A stretch of DNA of 32,000 nt from Bdellovibrio sp. (GTDB lineage: Bacteria > Bdellovibrionota > Bacteriovoracia > Bacteriovoracales > Bacteriovoracaceae): NCBI GenBank assembly GCA_016187935.1, contig JACPIU010000005.1:11028-43027 (forward strand). Reading direction: 5' to 3'. The position numbers were made by a program, and so were the translations under genes. Shown here piece after piece: positions 26,778 through 32,000 of this stretch (positions are counted from its first letter, which is position 1; every line of letters starts with the position of its first letter). The notes beneath the pieces were generated by a model, which ran no database searches, was not told the DNA's origin, and was given only the letters and a program-made list of their open reading frames with translations.

Positions 26778-27701
26778 TCAAGCTACTTTAAGCATTGCCC
26801 TATCGTTGTAAGCGATCTGCATTATTTCATCAAAATTTTTGTACAGTATTTTCTTCACCCCCCCGGTGCCTGGAGGTGACTTTTTGACAAGATGTTCTTT
26901 GAAGGCATTCAATGTTGCTGGTTCAGTCAAAACGTTGAGTCCTTTTAGAAACATGAAGACTCTTTTCGCAAGAATTACTTTCTTGTCATCAAGATATTCG
27001 AATCCGGAGACCTGCTCCATCATCAGGGAAGATTCAAACTGCTGTAAAAAATGATATTCCTTCAGCTCTTCCCTTTGTTTTAAGTCCATACAGCCGCTGT
27101 AAATTGCCGCTTCAAGCTTGATTAAATCAATCCAAGACAGACTTAAGGAAGGTGCAAGCAGGTTAAGCATCCGATCTTGTTTAAGAAAAGACTGTGTTTG
27201 GCCATTTATGGCGATCATGTTTTGAAGAATAGAGGTCAATATTCCGGGAAGCAAGGCCTCCTTCGTCTTTTCGACAAAGGATTGCACTAAAGAAGGAAAG
27301 ATTTCGTTAAGTTTGTCTCTATCAAGTAGGCTTCCTTTGTCCAAATACTCCAGGTTTCGTCCATCATTTTTTAGCATCCGATAGGTCGAAAGACTTTCAG
27401 TGCCATTATGGGTAAGGACATAAAATGCAGGCCAGCCAAGCGACTCATAATAATTTTTTAAATTTGCAAATGCATTTTGAAAGTCAATTTCTGGAATCTC
27501 TTCATCGAAAATGAAAAATCCCACAGTCTTTTTTCCCTTGCAAAAATCCAAAGCGTCCGAATAACTGTCAAAAGAATCGATTTGGGTTTCGAGAAAAGGA
27601 AACTCTTCAGCAATTGCGACTTCGATTTGCATTGGGGTGCGGTCGGTGCTTCCAAGGATGACTATGTTCACATCTTGAAGTATATTTTTATTTAATTTCA
27701 T
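26778..27701 (-). CDS. Atypical receiver (REC-like) domain protein with an uncharacterised alpha-helical C-terminal domain
   Basis: The N-terminal ~120 aa shows the REC pattern: VNIVILGSTD, FFIFDEEIPEID (acceptor-Asp position), YVLTHNG (Thr) and EYLDKG (Lys). The usual DD acidic pair is incomplete. The C-terminal ~180 aa was not recognised. Confidence 0.6.
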   Translation of the reverse strand: MKLNKNILQDVNIVILGSTDRTPMQIEVAIAEEFPFLETQIDSFDSYSDALDFCKGKKTVGFFIFDEEIPEIDFQNAFANLKNYYESLGWPAFYVLTHNGTESLSTYRMLKNDGRNLEYLDKGSLLDRDKLNEIFPSLVQSFVEKTKEALLPGILTSILQNMIAINGQTQSFLKQDRMLNLLAPSLSLSWIDLIKLEAAIYSGCMDLKQREELKEYHFLQQFESSLMMEQVSGFEYLDDKKVILAKRVFMFLKGLNVLTEPATLNAFKEHLVKKSPPGTGGVKKILYKNFDEIMQIAYNDRAMLKVA

Positions 27702-27813
27702 AAATGATTCCTTTTGTCTTTTATCGGTATTAACTGCAGAAAAATAAAGGGCTTCGACCCTTATTAACTGATCTTATTAATCGGTTTTGGCAGGCTCAAT
27801 CCGGAAGGTATTT

Positions 27814-28683
27814 TCAAAGCCTTTTGTGGAAAAAAACCAAATCTTTATAGCTGCTGTCGATCAGGCAGTTACGCTTTAGTAGCCCGCTATCACTAAAACC
27901 GAGCGCTCTAAACAAATTGGTTGCTGAATCGGAATCTGAACGGGTCAGGGCATAGGCAGATTGGATTCCTGTTTTTTTGATAAAGGTTTCCAAATTCGTA
28001 ATTACTTTCCTATTAAGCCCCTTCCCCCGAAACCCTTCTTTCGTGCAACATTCGGCGATCTCGGCAGTAGAAGACTTGTTGTCAATATGGGCCACAGCGG
28101 TCGCTGCCATGACCCCTTCCACAAAGGCCACAGAGCAGACAGTGGATTCGCAGAGAAGTTTGAGAAATGGAGAATAAAAAATTGGGAATGGGTAACAAGT
28201 AAAAGAGTTCTTGAAAAGTTCACTCAGTCCCTCATAGTCCCTCTCTTCACCCTGAGAAAAGACTTTATATTCGGCTTTAAAATTTCCCTTTTCGGTAATC
28301 TTTCTTGGTGATATCTGCATAGGTTCGAATTTTCTCTTTTCAAAAATTACCCGTGAATAGATCGAATATTCCTGGAATCTTCCAAAATTGTTGAGCCTAG
28401 CTTCACACTCGATCATGGGAATTGACTGGGTAATTTCAGGATTAAGTCCAACATCGGTGTATAGTATCAGCTTGGAAAAACCAGAAAAAGAAAACTCTTT
28501 TTGCATGTAAGCAATGACTTCGGGTTGATCGGCAGGTTTTAGACCGGTCAAATGTACTTTCAGACGGTCATTGTAAAAATCTTCTTCAATCAAATACCTC
28601 TGAGAACCTATCAACCCTTCAAAAACTTCGAAGTAATCGATCCCATTATAGGAGACTGTTTTGATTTTTTTTAAATTTGGCAT
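27814..28683 (-). CDS. GNAT N-acetyltransferase of the AblB/YodP (putative beta-lysine N-acetyltransferase) type
   Basis: C-terminal GNAT motif A (FRGKGLNRKVITNLE) and the tail ALGFSDSGLLKRNCL. An N-terminal extra domain carries EDFYNDRLKV, which resembles my recollection of YodP/AblB proteins. The ~290-aa size fits that family. Confidence 0.65.
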   Translation of the reverse strand: MPNLKKIKTVSYNGIDYFEVFEGLIGSQRYLIEEDFYNDRLKVHLTGLKPADQPEVIAYMQKEFSFSGFSKLILYTDVGLNPEITQSIPMIECEARLNNFGRFQEYSIYSRVIFEKRKFEPMQISPRKITEKGNFKAEYKVFSQGEERDYEGLSELFKNSFTCYPFPIFYSPFLKLLCESTVCSVAFVEGVMAATAVAHIDNKSSTAEIAECCTKEGFRGKGLNRKVITNLETFIKKTGIQSAYALTRSDSDSATNLFRALGFSDSGLLKRNCLIDSSYKDLVFFHKRL

Positions 28684-28778
28684 CGTATTTAGGATACTTC
28701 GTGGTTAAAAAAATGTCCAAAAGAGGAAAAATTAGGAGCCTCTTTTTCAAGTTTGCACCGACGTAGGGAGACCGTAAT

Positions 28779-29180
28779 GCATTCTTGGAAATTAATGAAA
28801 ATTCTGCTCAAGATTATGATATTGAGACGGGGCTGACCCACATGGTGTGCGGTGGTATGATTCCATCACAGGTAGATTTATTAGTCCTGACCCGATCGGA
28901 TTTTCTGGTCGGGATACGAACTTGTATAGATACACATTTGATGAGCCACTTGGGCGTGTGGATTCAGATGGTCTGGACTCTTACCGAACAAACATGGGAC
29001 ATGGTTTCTTGGTTATAGATGATCCAAAGAGAAGCGGCGGTGTTTGTGTATTTACATTTGGCCCTCGTGATCCCAGTGTAGTCACCTATGCGAAAACTTT
29101 GGCCCTTCAACCTGTTGCTGCAAGTGCTGCTGTAGATTTCTTTCCTAAGGGATCAGACTTAACATTCTTAGGCATTGAGG
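28779..29180 (+). pseudogene. Orphan Rhs/YD-repeat core-end fragment with a C-terminal tip; 5'-truncated, frameshifted and 3'-truncated
   Basis: Frame A reads ...SAQDYDIETGLTHM and frame B continues VRWYDSITGRFISPDPIGFSGRDTNLYRYTFDEPLGRVDSDGL (the Rhs PxxxxD(P/S)xGL end). The 1-nt frame change lies between 28836 and 28847. Frame A opens only after a TAA at 28776. The tip is cut off by intron sequence near 29175. Confidence 0.7.
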
Positions 29181-30383
29181 GTCCCATTCTCTCGCATTCC
29201 TCAATCATACAAACCGCAACCAGTGCGCAGAACTTATATTCCGAAGACCAATGGAAAGCTTCGTCCGCTGGGGATTCCCTCGGTTGAAGATAAAATCGTT
29301 CAAAAAGGAATGGCGCGAATACTTGAGGCCATTTACGAGAATGAGTTTCTAGATTTTTCTTATGGATTCCGCCCACACAGAAGCTGTCATCAGGCATTTA
29401 AACAATTAGATAAAGTGATTATGACAATGCCGATCAACCACGTTATTGATGCCGACATCAAAGGATTCTTCGATAACGTAAATCATGACTGGCTGAAGCG
29501 GTTTCTAGAGGAAAGAATCAGTGATCCAAATTTTCTTCGCTTGGTTGGCCGCTTTCTGAAGAACGGGTACATGGAAGAAGGAGTGATTCATAATTCTGAG
29601 CAAGGGACACCCCAGGGCGGAATTATTTCTCCTATTCTTGCGAATGTGTACCTTCACTACGTCCTTGATTTGTGGATTGAGCGAGCGGTGAAACCAAAAT
29701 GCAGAGGTGCTGTCGAGATTGTACGGTACTGTGATGATTTTGTGATCTGCGTGCAATACAAGGACGAGGCCGAAAAGATTCTGCTTGCACTCCGAGAACG
29801 TTTGAAAAAGTTCAATCTGGATTTGGCAGAAGAAAAGACAAGAATACTTGAGTTTGGTAGATTTGCTAAGCGAAATGCAAAGGCAAAAAATCTCCGGCCA
29901 GCAACATTCAACTTTCTTGGATTTACACACTTCATAGACAAAGGCAGAAATGGATATTTCAAACTAGGGCGTAAGACTGATCGAAAGAAGTTCTCGGCAA
30001 AAGTGATTGAGATGAACAAGTGGCTAAAAAGTGTGAGAAATCTTTTTCAACTGAAAGAGATTTGGAAAATACTTAAGGCCAAACTTCGAGGTCACTATCA
30101 ATATTATGGAGTCAGTGGTAACTATCGGAGTATCAAAAACTTTTATGGCCTGACGCTCAAGCTTGTCCTTAAGTGGGCAAACAGGCGAAGTCAGAAAAAG
30201 AGTTTTGACTGGACAACGTTCCTAGAATACCTACGAAGGTATGAACTGCCGAAGCCGCGAATCTGCCATAATTTCTATGATCTAAAAGCAATATTCGTGA
30301 ATGCTATCGAAGAGCCGTATGTGGGAAAACTACAAGTACGGTTCTGTGAGGGGCATGGTTCTTCTCACAATAGGAAACTATAG
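29175..30383 (+). CDS. Group II intron reverse transcriptase/maturase, N-terminally truncated (no En domain)
   Basis: RT motifs RPLGIPSVEDKIVQ, FRPHRSCHQA and the active site YCDDFVICV. Maturase (X) motif LRGHYQYYGVSGN. About 75 aa shorter at the N-terminus than my recollection of LtrA. The ORF reads through domain V (EEPYVGKLQVRFCEG). Confidence 0.85.
   Translation: MRVPFSRIPQSYKPQPVRRTYIPKTNGKLRPLGIPSVEDKIVQKGMARILEAIYENEFLDFSYGFRPHRSCHQAFKQLDKVIMTMPINHVIDADIKGFFDNVNHDWLKRFLEERISDPNFLRLVGRFLKNGYMEEGVIHNSEQGTPQGGIISPILANVYLHYVLDLWIERAVKPKCRGAVEIVRYCDDFVICVQYKDEAEKILLALRERLKKFNLDLAEEKTRILEFGRFAKRNAKAKNLRPATFNFLGFTHFIDKGRNGYFKLGRKTDRKKFSAKVIEMNKWLKSVRNLFQLKEIWKILKAKLRGHYQYYGVSGNYRSIKNFYGLTLKLVLKWANRRSQKKSFDWTTFLEYLRRYELPKPRICHNFYDLKAIFVNAIEEPYVGKLQVRFCEGHGSSHNRKL
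30312..30344 (+). ncRNA. Group II intron domain V
   Basis: GAGCCGTAT-GTGG-GAAAA-CTAC-AA-GTACGGTTC: a lower 9-bp helix with the AGC triad, a 2-nt bulge and an upper helix with an A-rich loop. It closely matches the canonical DV GAGCCGUAU...GUACGGUUC. A further GAAA-capped helix (30355-30392) may be DVI. Confidence 0.8.
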
Positions 30384-30392
30384 GAGAACCAT

Positions 30393-31028
30393 ATGTCTAC
30401 TCGACAAAAACTAATAAACCCCACCCAAACTCACGAAAGTCCAGTCATTGATGAGCCGATTGCAATGTTGAGAGATGTGAATGGAAATGGGAGATTTGAA
30501 GGGTCGGAAGTATTTACCTACACGAAAGACCACCTTGGCTCGGTCAAAGATTTAACTGATGCCAACGCGGAATTAAAACAACGCTACGGGTATTCAGCTT
30601 ACGGCAGCACCAAACTTGAAAAAGATGATTCGCATTCATCGAATAAATTTATCGAAAATCCTTATGCCTATACGGCAAGAGAGTGGGAACAGGAAACGGG
30701 ATGCTATTACTATCGTGCACGCTGGTATTGTCCGATGATGGAGAAATTTATTTCTGAGGACCCTATTGGCTTTTACAGCGGCGACTTTAGTAAATATAGA
30801 TATACGGGGAATTCTCCATTTATAAGAAATGATCCATTCGGATTGCAGAGTATGTCATGTATAAATAAAGCAAATGAAGAATATTTGGAAGAAGTAAAAA
30901 GAGATGTTGAGACCGTAAAAAGGGCAAAAGAAGAAGCGGAACGAATATTAAAGGAAAAGCAAAGGATTGAATTCTATAAGCAACTTGACGAAGCACTTAA
31001 AGAATCATTTGCGAGAGAAGAGCTATAA
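30393..31028 (+). CDS. Orphan Rhs C-terminal cassette (core end + PxxxxDPxGL + 60-aa helical tip)
   Basis: DHLGSVKDLTD, YGYSAYG, ETGCYYYRARWYCPMMEKFISEDPIGF and SPFIRNDPFGL (aa 141-151) are Rhs core-end motifs. Only about 150 aa of core is present. The tip (30846-31025) is charged and coiled-coil-like. Confidence 0.75.
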   Translation: MSTRQKLINPTQTHESPVIDEPIAMLRDVNGNGRFEGSEVFTYTKDHLGSVKDLTDANAELKQRYGYSAYGSTKLEKDDSHSSNKFIENPYAYTAREWEQETGCYYYRARWYCPMMEKFISEDPIGFYSGDFSKYRYTGNSPFIRNDPFGLQSMSCINKANEEYLEEVKRDVETVKRAKEEAERILKEKQRIEFYKQLDEALKESFAREEL

Positions 31029-31095
31029 CAGAGGCTTAGAATTGGAAAAATGCTGGAAGCAACCTTGTGATCCTATATAGTTTTTTTGAGAAAAG

Positions 31096-31281
31096 ATGTT
31101 AAAAAGTCAAAGGAATAGATATTTTGTTAGTGCAATAATAGTCATTGCGAGCACTTATCTATTATTTAGGTTTTTTATTTATGATATCCAAAGCATAAAG
31201 ACTAATAGGTCCACGAAATTGAACGAATTAACTAATAAGGTAAAGTCCGTCCATGAGGATTTGCCTGTAATTAATAAATAA
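31096..31281 (+). CDS. Small single-TM protein; possible cognate immunity protein of the orphan Rhs tip
   Basis: 61-aa ORF with one TM (YFVSAIIVIASTYLLFRFFIY) immediately downstream of the Rhs cassette. The evidence is position only. Confidence 0.35.
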   Translation: MLKSQRNRYFVSAIIVIASTYLLFRFFIYDIQSIKTNRSTKLNELTNKVKSVHEDLPVINK

Positions 31282-31420
31282 ACAAGAAAAGAAGAAGCGG
31301 AAGCACATTATCAAAAAACCGATAGACACAATACATTCTCACCAAAACCCTGGGATTGATGAAGACACCAATAATCTTGGCCACTATGGATATTGCTTGG
31401 ATTAGGCCATCGAATCTTGC

Positions 31421-31449
31421 TTGACAGATTGTAACTTATAAGTTACAAT
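31421..31449 (+). promoter_or_regulatory. Consensus sigma-70 promoter with an embedded 22-bp perfect palindromic operator
   Basis: -35 TTGACA (31421-31426), 17-bp spacer, -10 TACAAT (31444-31449). The palindrome ATTGTAACTTA|TAAGTTACAAT spans 31428-31449. The ATG at 31458 is only 8 nt after the -10. Confidence 0.75.
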
Positions 31450-31457
31450 CTTCCTTA

Positions 31458-31787
31458 ATGGAAGTACACGTAAAAAAACTTCAAAAATATGTTACTGACA
31501 ATGGGCGCTGTCCATTTGATGAGTGGATTGAGTCATTAAGTAATAGGCGCGTACAAGCGATTGTGGCGACTCGGCTCAACCGGGTTATTCAAGGGAACTA
31601 TGGACACTGTCGAAAACTTGAGGGTGGCATCCTGGAACTTAAAATTGACTTTGGAGCAGGCCTTCGCATTTACTTTGCAGAAGAGGGGAACACGATTGTT
31701 GTTCTTTTATGCGGTGGCGATAAATCAACCCAAAGTAAAGATATTTTAAAGGCCCAAGAATATTGGGCCGAGTATAATAAGGAGTAA
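31458..31787 (+). CDS. Type II toxin, RelE/ParE superfamily (addiction module killer protein type, HigB-like)
   Basis: PFDEWIESL...RLNRVIQGNYGHCRKLEGGILELKIDFGAGLRIYFAEEGNTIVVLLCGGDKSTQSKDI matches the pattern I recall for the addiction-module killer family (COG3657/TIGR02683). Confidence 0.85.
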   Translation: MEVHVKKLQKYVTDNGRCPFDEWIESLSNRRVQAIVATRLNRVIQGNYGHCRKLEGGILELKIDFGAGLRIYFAEEGNTIVVLLCGGDKSTQSKDILKAQEYWAEYNKE

Positions 31788-31791
31788 GTGT

Positions 31792-32000
31792 ATGCCAAAG
31801 CGAACACGAGATTATGAATTAGATTTAATTGAAAAATTAAAAGATATCGAGTTTTCTGTTGAATACCTCAATGCCTCTCTTGAAGACAGTGATGAAGGTT
31901 CAGACGAACGTTTCCTTATGGCATTACGGCAAGTTGCCCAAGCACATGGCATGACTGCCATTGCTGAACGTTCAGGAATGGCAAGGCCGGCCCTGTACCG
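31792..32000 (+). CDS. Antitoxin, HTH (HigA/XRE-like addiction module antidote type), right-truncated by the window edge
   Basis: My translation gives MPKRTRDYELDLIEKLKDIEFSVEYLNASLEDSDEGSDERFLMALRQVAQAHGMTAIAERSGMARPALY... AGGAG Shine-Dalgarno upstream; starts 4 nt after the toxin stop. Confidence 0.8.
   Translation, partial: MPKRTRDYELDLIEKLKDIEFSVEYLNASLEDSDEGSDERFLMALRQVAQAHGMTAIAERSGMARPALY

Larger units (their letters stand above)
29172..30392 (+). mobile_element. 5'-truncated group II intron (RT/maturase ORF plus domains V-VI; domains I-III and RT-0 missing)
   Basis: RT homology starts abruptly at YKPQPVRRTYIPKTNGKLRPLGIP (RT-1). Stops lie in frame at 29160 and 29169. No ribozyme 5' domains are present, because the upstream DNA is Rhs-like coding sequence. 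A canonical domain V lies at 30312-30344. The 3' boundary is approximate. Confidence 0.8.

Noticed and set aside
29181-29287. C-terminal tail of tracked ORF 28847..29287 (PILSHSSIIQTATSAQNLYSEDQW...)
   Set aside because: This is an out-of-frame read-through into the group II intron RT gene, not part of the Rhs tip.
29175-30383. The RT as a retron, DGR or defence-associated RT rather than a group II intron
   Set aside because: It has a maturase (X) motif, close similarity to my recollection of LtrA from RT-1 onward, and a canonical ribozyme domain V just before the stop. I saw no template/variable repeat pair or msr/msd-like structure nearby by eye; a repeat search would be needed to exclude a DGR completely.
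30926-31302. 16-nt exact direct repeat AAAAGAAGAAGCGGAA at 30926-30941 and 31287-31302, possibly marking a third decayed Rhs tip
   Set aside because: It is purine-rich and low-complexity, and my rough estimate is that a chance match of this length is not negligible in 32 kb. The flanking sequence shows no extended similarity.
1-32000. CRISPR arrays, rRNA and tRNA genes
   Set aside because: No regularly spaced direct repeats were seen. The T-loop-like strings (e.g. GAGTTCGAAAC near 23236) lie inside coding sequence and have no surrounding cloverleaf.

Overview
AT-rich (roughly 40% GC by eye) chromosomal segment from a Gram-negative, sigma-54-using bacterium. It encodes many signal-peptide proteins; the gene style resembles Bdellovibrionota/Oligoflexia-type genomes, but taxonomy cannot be established from this sequence. 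There are three blocks. (1) 1-8.4 kb is a mixed set of secreted, hydrolase and methyltransferase genes with strong gene-to-gene GC differences, a frameshifted amidohydrolase, and a TetR-controlled three-gene unit with two palindromic operators. (2) 8.4-22 kb holds an NtrC-family activator, a FecR-like protein and a HAMP histidine kinase. Next to them is a near-consensus sigma-54 promoter driving an unannotated 45-aa lipoprotein and a Cys-rich secreted protein. This block also holds an OMP-like protein, a YdjM-like hydrolase, an unknown 624-aa secreted protein coupled to a GH88/GH105 hydrolase, and a large protein ending in a snapalysin-type zinc site. (3) 22.3-32 kb is the most unusual part. 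It starts with a translationally coupled minus-strand operon: AblB-like GNAT, atypical receiver, 506-aa unknown, 7TM-GAF-class III cyclase with non-canonical specificity residues, and EamA exporter. That operon abuts an accessory island with two orphan Rhs C-terminal cassettes, a 5'-truncated group II intron whose RT ORF and domain V are intact, a small TM ORF, and a toxin-antitoxin pair with a consensus promoter, a 22-bp palindromic operator and an apparently leaderless start. The cyclase operon is my best candidate for an undescribed system, but its function is inference only. No rRNA, tRNA or CRISPR array was seen.
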